Shown: positions 1 through 13,200 of the stretch, in pieces
Numbering within the stretch: position 1 is the stretch's first letter
Layout: the number at the start of each line of letters is the position of its first letter
Assembly (NCBI RefSeq): GCF_964204645.1
Contig: NC_134025.1
Span: forward strand, 21,804,299 to 21,868,298
Origin: Tubulanus polymorphus
Taxonomy: Eukaryota; Animalia; Nemertea
Reading direction: 5' to 3'
DNA: 64,000 bases
Position numbers and translations under genes: made by a program
Notes under the pieces: model-generated
Database searches by the model: none
Told to the model about the DNA's origin: nothing
The model's input: only the letters and a program-made list of their open reading frames with translations

Positions 1-34
1 TTTTTAAATTGTTCAAATAAGATACATTACGGAA

Positions 35-2021
35 ATGGCAGAAGCTCGTGCAGCTGCGACGGTCACAGTAAATTCCGCTTCAACTCAAGGTAGTCTCAAC
101 AGAAGCGCACTCGCGGCTTCGCCTCCGCTTATGGAAACTAACTCGTCTAGAGCCGATTACGAACAAAAAGCTCAAATAACTGCCGTGAAGATAAGTCCGA
201 AACAGGTAAGTAAAAATGAGTAGTACTTTCACCCTGATATACATCTAATCAATATAAGTCATACATTTGATATCGAAATATTAATGCTTGTATCTTACTG
301 AAATACTATGTTTGGGAGCATTATTGATTACTTTAATGAATTATTTCCATCACGTGGCATTCCTAAGGCGAGACATGCGTTGAAGGAAAATTATGAAGAT
401 CCCGTCAGTAATAGAGAAAACTGGTGGCGTTGTACTATCAGAGTACGTATAATCAATCATCTTTTTGTTTTAACGAAAATAAGAAATTAAGATCGTTCTT
501 CATAGGCCCTATAGTTGACATCAAAATACTACGGCGTTATTCTTTAGGAAACGCCAGTCCCGGGAGCTTACGAGGTCCAGGATTTCATCACGCTCTACAA
601 TAAGAACCCGATAAAACAATCGTACAGATTCAAATCAGACGGCCGAAGACGTGACCCCAACCCACACGGCAAAGGGGCGACCTTGTTACCGGGAGCTTAT
701 AACAGAAAAGATTTCATAGAAGAGTAAGTTGTTAATCCGTTAATCCGTCATAGCTGTTGTCCGTAAATATATCGATTATAATGTTATCGTGCATGGATTT
801 CTTTTAAAGATTGGAGACTCTGCCGCTGACGTACAACTTCAAATCCACTGGTCGAAAAGGAAAAGATTTGCTGAACAGAGGGATCAAAGATAAGGTCTAT
901 AGGCATTTAACATTTATTTCAGAAAAAACCAAATCAATTTACTTTTACCTATTTAAGTTAAACAAGAAAGTTCTTGGGCGGATCCAGACAAGAGCACAAT
1001 GAGGCACGTGCTCCCGTCGCAATTCGACCGTACCCTTTTGTAAATGCAATGGAAATATTTTTCAAGACGATATTCTTCTTTCTCTGCCCGAAACCCATAG
1101 TTTAGTTTAGTTTAGTTTATTGCTCCAAAAAAGATATACAATTTTTCCGAGCATAACAAAATAGTATGAATAGTATAAATATAAAAGCTGGCAAATTTAT
1201 ACATATTAATAGCCCTAGCCCTAAGGACAGCAGTCCGCAGCGCGAGACTATTCACATAATATCCATCAAGCGCCTTAGAAATCGTATGGAAAGGCAATCA
1301 GTTTAAAGATTCTCTATTCCAGGATATCAACGTAAGCCCGAATAAGTATCCGATAGAAAACTATCTTTCAATGACAGCAGAGCGACTCCCTTCAAAGTAA
1401 GTAAACCTAATAAGATGTATATATTTTTTCTTCAATATGGTCACCTCGCCTGTGGTCAGTAAAAATTGTATTTGTACCTAATAACTATTTTCCATCTTTA
1501 TTAAGGCATATGGTCTTTAAATCACAACAACAAAGGTTTCCAACTATATATTTCCGCCCAGTAAGTCTCAGTGTGTATTTATTTATTAACAGTTACAATT
1601 GATTATCTTTCTAATCTAATTGTTTCGATATTTTTCATCGCTACACAGAAAGACGGGCCACCTCCTGGAGCGTATGAACCTAGAATAACGATAGGATCAC
1701 GTTGTGTATCGTCAAGTTTCAAGTCTAAAACGCCCAGGTTTCGATCGCCCAATACGGTAAGCTTCCTGATGCAAGAAAAGGAAGCCAAAATTCTCGTCAG
1801 AAGTTGTGTGAAATTGCTGCTCTTTGTACGGATTTCAAAAATCTTACGCAGGAGCATAGATAGTTAGAACCAAATGCGCATACATTATCTAAACATTTTT
1901 TTTTCAGAAAGTTCCAGGTCCAGGAACTTACGAGAAAACCAATCATGTACCGATGCCAAATACTATTGCAAAGATGGGACGTCAGCACGGCCTCTTTTTT
2001 AGTAGCGCATTTGAAACCTAA
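35..2021 (+). CDS. STPG4: Sperm-tail PG-rich repeat protein 4-like (STPG4/C2orf61), 8 coding exons, ~285 aa
   Basis: GT-AG exons 35-205, 368-442, 548-723, 810-894, 1323-1396, 1506-1560, 1649-1756, 1908-2021 join in frame (858 nt). The product has WWRCTIRETPVPGAY, NPIKQSYRFKSDGR, QRFPTIYFRPKDGPPPGAY, PGPGTY repeats and C-terminal TIAKMGRQHGLFF, matching the STPG4 layout as recalled. AATAAA at 2143 and 2153. Confidence 0.88.
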
Positions 2022-2534
2022 CGTAGTTTGAACTAAGATTTCTCAGTATAGGTCATGTGTATATTCACATTGTTTTGCGTCCGTCACTTTGAATTGATTG
2101 TTGCACTTTTTTCATACACGGGATATATGCTATCATGGTTTGAATAAATGTAAATAAAGTTTGTTTTGGTTTTTAAATCTTCTTAGTCCCCCTCTGAAAA
2201 ATTGTCTTTACACGTCTCTTGTTCTGTTAGCAGTGAATTGTTAGTTCGCAATTACGTCAAATCCTCAAATCCAACTCATGAAATAAATAACATTCTATTG
2301 ATAGATACTTGACCACAGAAAAACAGAGAATAACTGATATTTCGATAGTTTATAGCTTTATTTTTGTCTTCGTTTTTTGGGAATAAATACACTGCATCTC
2401 ACACTATTCATACTTCATTTCAACTATATACATTATGTACAAATAAGCAACTAACATTTCAACAACTAAAATCACAGATAACTTGATTACTTAGACACCA
2501 CAGGCATACTTTTATTTGTAAGGCAACAAAAAAC

Positions 2535-2727
2535 TTGATACCTCGTTTCTCTTGATCGGCCGGGTCACTTTTGTAAACTGCGATAAAATTCGTTATCAGT
2601 TCATTTCTATAGCTGCCGGGTCTGGTTAGCCTGATCATGACGTTTTAAAAAGAAATGTACAGGGAAGATACGCGGCCAGCCTGGTCCAACTTTTCTAGCT
2701 CAGCCGAAAGGAAAAACGAGGTATCAA
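2535..2727. mobile_element. MITE family B copy (TIR TTGATACCTCGTTT)
   Basis: Inverted termini TTGATACCTCGTTTCTC / GAAAAACGAGGTATCAA; a homologous copy lies at 35483-35661. Confidence 0.75.
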
Positions 2728-2813
2728 TTATTGTTTCGCTTAAACTCTAAAACATATAGTAGACTTCGCTTAAGTCAGATCCGATCAACTCAGATAACCG
2801 TTAAACTATGCAG

Positions 2814-2940
2814 GGCTCAGTTGCTCAAAAGTTGGTTAAAGATGACCGGCGGATGAATACCATAGTAACAATGAACTTTTAATTGTCACTATGCCAACTA
2901 TCCACTGGTTAACTCTAACCAACTTTTGAGCAACTGGCCC
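2814..2940. mobile_element. PIF/Harbinger-like palindromic MITE
   Basis: TIR CAGTTGCTCAAAAGTTGGTTA / TAACCAACTTTTGAGCAACTG, flanked by a 3-bp CAG duplication. Confidence 0.7.
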
Positions 2941-3128
2941 CAGGATGTTAGTTGGAATGATTTTGTTACACTTTATTTAGAAATCATACTTAATATATAA
3001 CTCTGATTAATATGTAACACTTAGTCGGGGACAAATTTTCACAGTCCAAAAAGGTCGAAATTTAGCGCAGTCTAAGGCACCTCAGTGGCAGTGATTAACT
3101 GACCAGAAATCAGTTTGTTAATAACGAA

Positions 3129-3304
3129 TAGTCAACCCCCGATAAACCGGCAACATCGGTACAAAACGATTTTGGCGGTATAGAGAGTAAGGCGGTATAT
3201 TGGGGGTGTTTTACTATGTACTTGTAGTGAGATGTACGTTGAGAAAACCTTGCGGCAGGCGGGGTGGCAGTAAATGGGAGGCCGGTATATCGGCGGGTTG
3301 ACTG
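3129..3304. mobile_element. Tc1/pogo-like MITE
   Basis: TIR AGTCAACCCCCGATAAACCGG / CCGGTATATCGGCGGGTTGACTG followed by TA. Confidence 0.6.
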
Positions 3305-3500
3305 TATCTATATCTAGAGATTAATCAAATTTTCTCCTATGGATCGATGGAATTCTGGTGGCTTGCCAAATAAACTTTTTTGACTAGAGATATAACAATT
3401 CCATAAAGGCAGGAACGAGCTTCGTATACATCATAATCTAACACGAAAAAATAATGATATGTTTTCTCGATACACAGTTTCTATGGAGATTAACGAATTG

Positions 3501-6500
3501 TTACTGCATAAGTCGTGGAATCACTTGGAATGGGACTATCGGATCGGTAGCCTCTAAGTCGACAGCAGTAAAAAGACACTCCGATGACGCGTCTCCTTCC
3601 CCTAATGTCTGTAGCACCTCACCCAAACAGTTCCTGAAAACAGGAAATGAAATTTCAAGTATTACAATGATACCTGCATTCTGGTTCACAAAAATGATTA
3701 AAATCGATTAAACATGAAATAAATAGAGAGGGATCAATCTGAAATAGGGCTCTAGAAATCAGTTTCCATGGCATTTTTAGTACCACTTGGCAACTATGCT
3801 AGATTGATTAAATAGGTCCTAAGGATCATCTATAGAGCGGGTGCCACTTTTTTCATCACTGCCCCCGGGGGCCAAATAGGCCTGGACCCCCAAAATTATG
3901 ACTTTCAAAATCAAAACTTCTATGTGCCATTGTATGCCAGCGTTTTAAGATGCAGTCTACACTGACTGGTTACTTTTTTCTGGCATTAAAACAGACAGCT
4001 ATGCAACGACTAGTGCAGGTTGGCCAATTTTATTCCCCGACTATTCCCAAACATGCAAGTTGTTTTTCCCTGACTGATCTATTAAGAATTCAATCAATTC
4101 ACACGGTCAAATAAAATTAAGACATAGATGGAAACAAAAATTTCCCTGCATTTTTCGAAGACTCACCATGACTGGCTCGAAGTTGGGTCAATATTGACGG
4201 CATCGCGTAGTACCTTTTCGGCCAGGCGATTCTGGCCTAAATGGTGTAAAACTATTCCAAGGTGTTGGAGACTTTTGATGTTTCCGGGATTTATTGAAAC
4301 GGCGTTATCGTAACATTTCTTCGCTTCGTGGTACTCCATCCGATGCTCGTGTATACGTCCTTTCTGTAAATAAAGCCACAAAACGAGTCTTGAACTAGTC
4401 CGCTAGTTTTCGGCTGAAACTGGGATTGAGCACTATCAGGGAAGAAAAGGACAATTAACCAAGAAACTTTGCCGCCACCAAGGATTCCAATTTATTATCT
4501 TTTAACTCTTGTCCAATCCTTACGAATTTCCTTTTGCATATACTTAAGATAAATGTATGAGTCAACAATAGAACACAAGGAGATGAACAGTTACTGTAAA
4601 CCCGAGAACAGTCCTTGATAGGTCATTTCATAAATAATCTACGAATATCTAGTTACCATGAAAGCCACTTGATGGTTCAGCGGGAATATGCTGCTAGCCT
4701 CTTTTACACATGCCATTGCCTCGGTGTCATTATTGACAGTCAAATAAAGTTCGGCTGAAAAAAAAAGATTTACATAACAGATTAAGAGGACTACAGTTTC
4801 CAGTTTAAAACAGCAAAATTCAATGTTCTGATAGGAAATACAGGTAAAATATCCAGTATTTCATGTCACTCAATTAAATGATGAATTCAATATCTGTATT
4901 TACCCATATTGATTGTACACACATGCACTATACAATTCCCTTATCACTTACCAAGGTGCAACCAGATCTGCGCTTGGAGACTCCACGCCTGGCTGGGACC
5001 TTGTCTCGGTTGAATGCTATTATTCATCGACGAAGCAACCTCGGATAAAGCTTGCTCGACACGCGACGCAGCTATAGATTCAGCCCTCACCGATCCTGAA
5101 TGAACAAAAAATATCATTTAAGTCATGTTTATCGTCAATATCTAGATATTTTCTAGCAGCCATCCAGAAATAATCTCCAGCATTCATAAATACATCACAA
5201 ATCAATATTCCCGTATTTGATTAAGGTCGAATCAGGAGTGATTCAGAGGTAGTAACACTAGTTCTCATAAAGAGTGACTCCAGTCAAATCCAGATTACAT
5301 ATGAGCGAATAGGTCCTGTGCTCGAGACAGATTGCAAATCATAAATTGCTAAAAACAACGTTTTTTGAAATAGTTCGATTAAGAACCCCGTTAAAAACAA
5401 CAGTTACGAATTTCGTCGGATGGTTCAACATTGAGGTTCACTGATAAACTGTGAAACTTTACAAATCTACACCCCTGCTGAAGATCTAGGGAATCAGTGC
5501 CGTAAAATCCAAGGTTTAAGAATCGACCAAAAGTGCAGAAGAAATAAAATGAAAGGATATAACAACATCTGCATCGTAGAAATCAACTGGCAAATTAAAT
5601 GCAAAAGATAACTTTCGATCCAAACCTTTACCATCAAACCTCACCAATAAAAAGCACGTATCACCTTTTATTCCAAAAGAAAAGGCTTCAAAAATGTTAA
5701 AAATGAAATGATTCATAAAATATCCGTATCCAGAAAATGAAAAGATGAATGAAATAATGCCGACGATGTATTCACCATCAAATACATGCAACCAATCCCA
5801 TCTTTTAATTACCGTTAACCTTGTGTATTTCAACGAAATAGATATAGTAGAATTCTGCGTATTTGCACATAGCGCACTATATACCGGAGCTAGGCATTTA
5901 TTAACCCTTTCAGTGCTGACTAATCATTACCCGAAAGTGCTGGAGATTATTTGAAAATCAAAAAAATTCCACCCCAGTCAAATTACATCCATACTGCTGC
6001 TATAGGGGATCTACACTGTGGCGTGCCGTATCCTTAGTTACTAGTATTGCACTATGTTTGACTATGTCGGACAGGTGCTGCTATCTTTTGACAATAGAGA
6101 TGAAAACTAATATTCATAATATTAATGCACCGCATCAGTGAAGTCTGTCATCAATTTATACACCGCACTGCGGTGTAGACACACTGAAAGGGTTAACGAA
6201 GAAGCGAAAATGAAGAGCGCTACCGTACAGCAGACACCGAACTGCCTGTTACTAAATGCACGCAATTTGAAATTCTTTTTGCAATATTGTCCTCTGGTAA
6301 CCTAACTTTGCGTATGCGAGTCTACTAGAGGTTATGCGTGCGTTCATGAAATATTTGCTACCGACCGAGAGCAAGCGGTCAACCAAAACAAAAAGTCAAA
6401 GTTGACATCCAATATTAGGGGCTTTATGTAAACAATTCGTGATGACGCCTGTGCATAACCTCTATCAGCAATACGCGAACATCATTGAAAGAACCTAGCT

Positions 6501-9500
6501 AGGCCACTACTTCATAAGCGACGTTCTCAGTTAGTACCATATACACTACCTGCACGAAGAAAGGTTTCATCGGGTACGCACAATCTGACTGCAACATAGA
6601 CATCAACATTATTGCTAGGTACAACCCTTTTCACATATGCTGGGTTAATGGTTAATTAGGAGGTTAAAGCTAATAAATCATGATTATGCGTTTGAACGTT
6701 TTTGTTGCCCAACTGAACCAGACGGTCATCAGGTTTTAGTAGATTGCAATTATCAAGCTCGAGCAGATGAACATGAAACCTACCGGAATCGCGGTCACTC
6801 ATTTCGGCTAACTGTAATTGCGCTAGCGTCCGTTTATCGGCGGTGACTCTGTCAATAAGGCCAGTTCCTCTCTGTTCACTGCGAATCAAACCAGAAAGAA
6901 ACACAATAGCTCTTAATAAAAGTTGCTTACAAATTCGTACGAACTTCAACAGATCAACTGCTAGCTATCTACTTGCTTCCTTGATGAAGAAATACCAAAA
7001 AAGTAAATCGGGTATTAAGATGACTGCTTTTATAAATTTCAAAGACAACTTCTAATTCAATAGTGAATAGACTGAATTTATGAATAGCTCATTACAGAAG
7101 CCATATTGCAATAACTAATTAAGATGATTTTTCATAACACTATGGAAGGACAGACAGAACGGCTAGACGTAAAATTACATAAACATATACATGTACTTAC
7201 AATTCCGGACTCGGTTGGTAATACTGCTTCCATATGTAAAGCATGTGCTTACAAGTCATCAAAGCTTCGTCAGTTCCGAGGCAGATCTGTTCAAGTTTCG
7301 ATTTCGTTAACATTAAACTGAAACCAGAAAGAAACAATGTCTCAAAAATGCGCTACGATTTTTAATTTCTCAGAAGTTTCCCTACAGAGTTCTTGCACGC
7401 AATGTCGAAGTTTGTTTCCCAACCAGTGCAGGAGAGTTGCTACTCATTAACGACACAGGGAATTTACAAACTTTAAACACAAAATGGTTTAACTCATAAA
7501 TCAACTCAATTTCTTCATTTATTCAATTTATCTAAATCAATTTTGGAGTTACCATAATCTTTTTGTGAAACTGGGCCCAGAGATTTTATTCACGAACATT
7601 TCCATTAAACTTCGTTAACGTACCTCAGATTATCCGGATATTCATCTAAAGCGGCCTCGATCAACACCAAAGCTTCGTCGCAATGTTTCTGAGCCGATAA
7701 TAGCAGCGATAATAAGTGCAACGAATGTACGTGGTCGTATTTCAATTTCAACGCTTGTCTTACGTATTTTATCGCCTCAGGGATCTGAAACGAGAAATAC
7801 ATACAGTACACAGACTTAAGAAGGATTGACTTGAACACAACTGGGCTCAGAGCGTTATTGGACTGCCAGATATGAAGTAACGCTTGTTAGCGGGAAATGG
7901 GAGGAACTTTTACAGGAGTACAATGATAGTAATCTTACGTACCTTCCTGAAAATAGCCAACTGTAATGCCAGATGTAATAAGGCAACGTGGTCATTATTA
8001 TCTAACTTGTGAGCTCTGAAATTGTTAAAAATAATGAGACTTTTAACTAAACGTGTGCCACCAGATTTGAACACATATCATAGTTAAGCAGAGTCCGAAG
8101 AACCGGTATGCGATTTCTGCGGTAGACAGGTTGGAAATTCTGATTTTGAATGATTTGAAAATATTTTCTGAGCAATAAGTGCGAGGAGATACTCTGAGGC
8201 AAACGGAACCAAGGCACAAAGGTACTGTATATACAATAAGCCATGCTTCACATTCACAATTTTGGAACGTTTAGACCAGAAATGAAAAGCCCGATTCACC
8301 AAGCCTTAACAATGGGCATGTAATACCAAAATGTGTCCATGATTCCAACATGTACTGGTACTTAATTATTTCTTAGTTACTACTTACTTTGAGTAATTGG
8401 TTAAAGCTTTTTTCTGTAATTCTTGTCGGTTTCCGCGAACTTTTGCCTCAAACGCCTTCAAAGCGTATCCGATTCCCAAAGCGACATAACCACGTGCTGC
8501 CATCGGTTGGTTATCCCCGAGCTCAACCACTTTTTTTGCGCATGCAATTCCCTTATCCAGCTCCAAGTAAATCAAAATTGAACTTATTACTAAGGGATGA
8601 ACTAGACAATCACATTTTGGCAATAGAATTTTCTATTTAACAAATGTGTCATCTATTAAATCAAGGTGTCAATAAACTTTCGAGTTCTCTTTAACTGATA
8701 TAACCTATCGGATAATACTGATCTAGTTTTTACTAACGTGTTATAATTCTAGGGGAAAAAAACTATCATTATTATCATTACGATAATCCATCCTTTGTTT
8801 ACTTACAATATGTAAATGATAGTAGCAGATTTGTGCCATTTGAAGGAGAATTATTGAATTTTCAGGCTGCAAACCATGACACTCCTCTAACACTAACAAA
8901 GCCCGAGCGTACTGTGAAAAGAAAAATCAAGTCATACCCGGGAAAATTCGCAAAATGTGCATGCTCTAGAGAGAAATTGTGCTGGATCACTCTTACTTTT
9001 TCTGAGCAGATTAGCGACAATGCAAACTGATACCAGACGTGGAAGTCAGCAAATGAGAATTTCATAGCCCTTTCAAATGTCTGAAATCGAACAAAGAATC
9101 GATCATCAGACCCCTCCATGAAATATTCAAAAATTCAATTCATTTCTTTTCAAGGTATCTGAAATCTGATCAAACCAATTTGACTGTAAAATAGGTTAGA
9201 CTGTGTGAAATGTAGAATATGATTTTTATTTTGGATCTTTCATTAAAACAGGCTCGCCGCAAATTTCATCATTGTTTACTTATAAAACATATAATATCCA
9301 ACTTACTTCAGATAACAAGTCAGTTTGTGCCCTTCGTACGAGTGAAATGGTCAACAGATCGTAAATTGCAGCTGCTCTTGACGCGGTGTGTTCTCGCGCC
9401 TCTTGATATTCCGGCGATCGCGTCAAGATTGCTTCTCGGTTAGCCTAAAGTACAGATCATCGATAATCAGCGATAAAATCACGTATACGTATCATCCTAG

Positions 9501-10233
9501 ATCTGAATAAAATCTTTCGACCATTGTTCATTAACAAGCTACTTATTTGGGTCCAACAATTTTTGGCTGAGACAAATTCTGGGCGTATAGAATAAACACC
9601 GTTTCCATTTACAAATTGCATGAAATTTCTTACGAGGCGAATAGTAATTCATAACCATTTTTTCTTTCTTTTGCTACTTATGTATATTAGCTTCATCAGG
9701 TGTATGAGTATATAGACAATGGAATGAACAGTATTAATTGGCAGAGTGCTCTTGTTTTTTCATCGACTACACTCATTCATCCTATGAAGCCACTATTCAC
9801 TAATGGCGAAAGCTCGTGCAACAAATGAAGTAGTTAACCTATAAAGTACTGTTCGTCTCATTGTATTTATGCTACACTAGGTCAACACAGCCCCTCTACG
9901 AATCTTCTCATGAAATTTCTTTAACACAGAATGGTTAGAATCATTCTCGGATGCCATACATACCATGCATTCAGCAATAAGAAGCAACAAAATGGTTTCC
10001 TCATTTTCATCCTTGGGCAAGAACAACCTGCAATTATACCAAAATAATGGTTAATGGTTAATAGTTATCTGCATCTTGATAATGACCCCAAATCAGAGTA
10101 TATGTATATAAACTAGGGGTCCAGGGACACCATGCCCCCGCTTGGGAAGAGGTTCGAAATGTTCAACAATCTGACAATAACAATATTCAATACCCCCTAC
10201 GTACGTACGTACGTACATACATACATACAAACA

Positions 10234-10269
<36 letters not shown>

Positions 10270-13200
10270 TATTTGTGCCCAAAAAGATCATTTTTGGCCT
10301 GAGGTCTGTTCTAAAATGGAACAGCCCAGTTTAGCACAGATTCACAGTGTGGATGCTTCATCCGTTCTAAATTGGAACATTCTAAAAGACATAGAGTGAA
10401 CGCGGTAGTAATCTCGATAATTGGTAACATAATCCTACAAAATGAAGTCTCCATCTCACATTTCATCATCGTTATCCGTTATAGTCATCACATCATTAAC
10501 AAGATATCTGTCTGCTGGTCGTTCGATAATGACGTCTGCTCAGAATACATCTCACGCCGTGCCGCCGCCGTGCGATAAAAAAAATCTACCGATACGATCA
10601 ATCTACATCGATACGTTTTACGCCCAAACGATTTTACACGGTACGCTATCGCTGGTCGGAATCGCCGCGAATATTCTCATTATCGTTACGATCGAACGTT
10701 ATATGAAACGTAAATCTTATTACGTCTGCAAATTCGTAGCCGTCTTCGATTTATTGTTTCTCGTTTCGTTCGCGTTTTTGTACCCGATTCGGATGTTGTA
10801 CGTCTACGCCGTTCTCGGCGACGTCGCGTTTCGTTTTCACGCGTTCCAATTCGGCGGTTGGATTTCGTACGTATTCGGATTCGCGTTCATATGGCTGCAG
10901 GTGTCGCGGAATTGGTCGATCGTTTTGCTCAGCGTCGACCGGTTAATTGTGATTTCGTTTCCGCTGCGCGCCGCACGATTCTGGACGAAAAACAAACAAT
11001 TTTTTATCATGGTTTCGATGGTCGTTTTATGCGCGTTGGCAAACTGGCATCTCATAACACCTATGTCATTTCCAGCTTCTTATCGCTGGCCTTGTCTTAG
11101 ATTGAACATTCGTGTTTATACGCAGTACGGAGGCTTTAGCGTCTTTTATAAACGTACAAAGTTTTATTTACAGTTCTTAGATTACTACGAATATTACGTC
11201 TACATGTTCGTAACGTCTATATTTCCTACTTGCATTCTGATAGTCGTCAATTTTCTATTAATGATGGTCTTACATCGTGCGACCGCGGCTAGACGGTCTC
11301 TTTGTCGCAGCAATTCGGTCGCCCAAACGAACGTCATCGACCTCCGCGCTCTCAGAAATGTTGTCGCGCTTGTCGTGTTTTTTCTGATCTGCGAAGTTAC
11401 AGCTACGATGCCGCGACTTCTATCGATAAACGGTTACGTAATACACGATTATCGAATGCTGTTTATATTCTACCAGTTTGCTTTAATCTCAACCGTGTCC
11501 AATTCGGTCGGTAATTTTTTCGTTCTGATTTCTACCGATAATAAATTCCGAAGTTTCGCGCGACGCGTGGTGGTGCCGCCTACCAGATTCAACAAAAATA
11601 GCCAAGTATAATGACTGAATTTGTGTTAGAAAAGTTTGTCATGAGTACAGACATCGGGTATGTTTTCATGTAGAAATCTAAGCTTGAAAACAGTTAGATT
11701 TGAATTGTTTTCGTCATTGACATGAACATGAAGTAACCAATAGCAAGTGCTGATTTTGGCGAACAAAAATGGCCACCAGTTGGCCATCTTGATTCTGACA
11801 GGGCCAATTTTTGGGCTGAAGATATATCTACAATATGTAGATACATGTATAAACCGAATATCAAGACAATTCATTGACGTTTTATAAAAATAACTGGATT
11901 CTGTCCACCAAGGCCGGGACAGATGACTGATGAAAAATGAACACAATTAAATTATTCAAAAACGAAAATAAAAATCTAAATCAAGCAATTTGCAAAAAGA
12001 CATTTCAGTCAGTCACTAAAAACAATCATCAAATATGATGGAGTTCTAAAATGACATACGAGGGAAGGCATATCGAGTAAACTGCACGAGTTAGGAGGTC
12101 AGACTTTTGCATACTTACCGTTCTCCGGAATATTTTCGAGGTAGAGGAGAACTGGCAGTTTCGGAATAATCAGCCATGTCAATTTTTTCGTAATTCTTGA
12201 CGCAGATTCCGCGCAGTAAAACTTCGGCCAACTGTTTCGCTAATGTCTGAATTGTAATAACGATATCAACGTTAACGCTTTAGATTGGCATGCGTCATAT
12301 TGAAAAACGCAGGCCGGTGATAATGTACCAATATTATGGAATTGCCGTAGACACCACCGTAGACGCATTTGTTTAAACGATACCGGCACTCACCAGATGG
12401 CGCAACAAAAACACTTGCAGTGAAAATCGGTTCATTTTCAAAGAAATTTGAAATTGATTTTGAGGCTGCTATATCCAACAAGAGCCCCAAGGGGCACAAT
12501 GGCCAGCCTGTCAGATTTGCTTTTTATAAATGATGTAATCTGTGGGTTATATTTATCAATATACACTCCCTGCTCAATGTCATTTACATAGTACAATCGT
12601 GTGTTAACACAGACAGCAGGAGCGAATGTAATATAGAAATACTAAGTTATTGTATTGTTCAACGCCCCTGGTGGCCATATACAAAAACCAATGAGCTTGA
12701 AACTCACAAAGATCATAGACCATGTCATGAGCTACAACTTTCCAATTGATTGTGGTAGCAAAATATGCATAGGTACGAATGTAATATAGAAATACTAAGT
12801 TATTGTATTGTTCAACGCCCCCTGGTGGCCATAAACAAAAACCAATGAGCTTGAAACTCACCTCAATCATAGAACATGTCATGAGCTACAACTTTCCAAT
12901 TAATTATGGTAGCAAAATATGCTTAAGTATCAAAATGATGTGGCTAAACTTTTTTTCCACCTACGAATGAGTACTGATGACCCCAAGATGGCCGCCAATT
13001 GCGTCATAATTGCCTGGTCAAAAATACCCTCTCGGATATAAAAGATCCTTTTCCAAAGAATACCCATTACAAATTACAATGAAAAATGGCACACCATTAG
13101 AAAGCTACAGGACTCAGAATTCAGGCCAAAATTAACATTTTTGGGAACAAAAAAGGTCACAGGACGGCCATCTTGAGTCCGATCGACCCAATTTTTCTCA

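Noticed and set aside
5516-5833. 105-aa hydrophobic ORF in a TTC7 intron
   Set aside because: Explained by T-rich low-complexity intron sequence; no family signal and not needed for the TTC7 frame.
12623-12929. Direct repeats resembling a CRISPR array
   Set aside because: Two adjacent 153-bp units without spacers in a eukaryotic repeat element.
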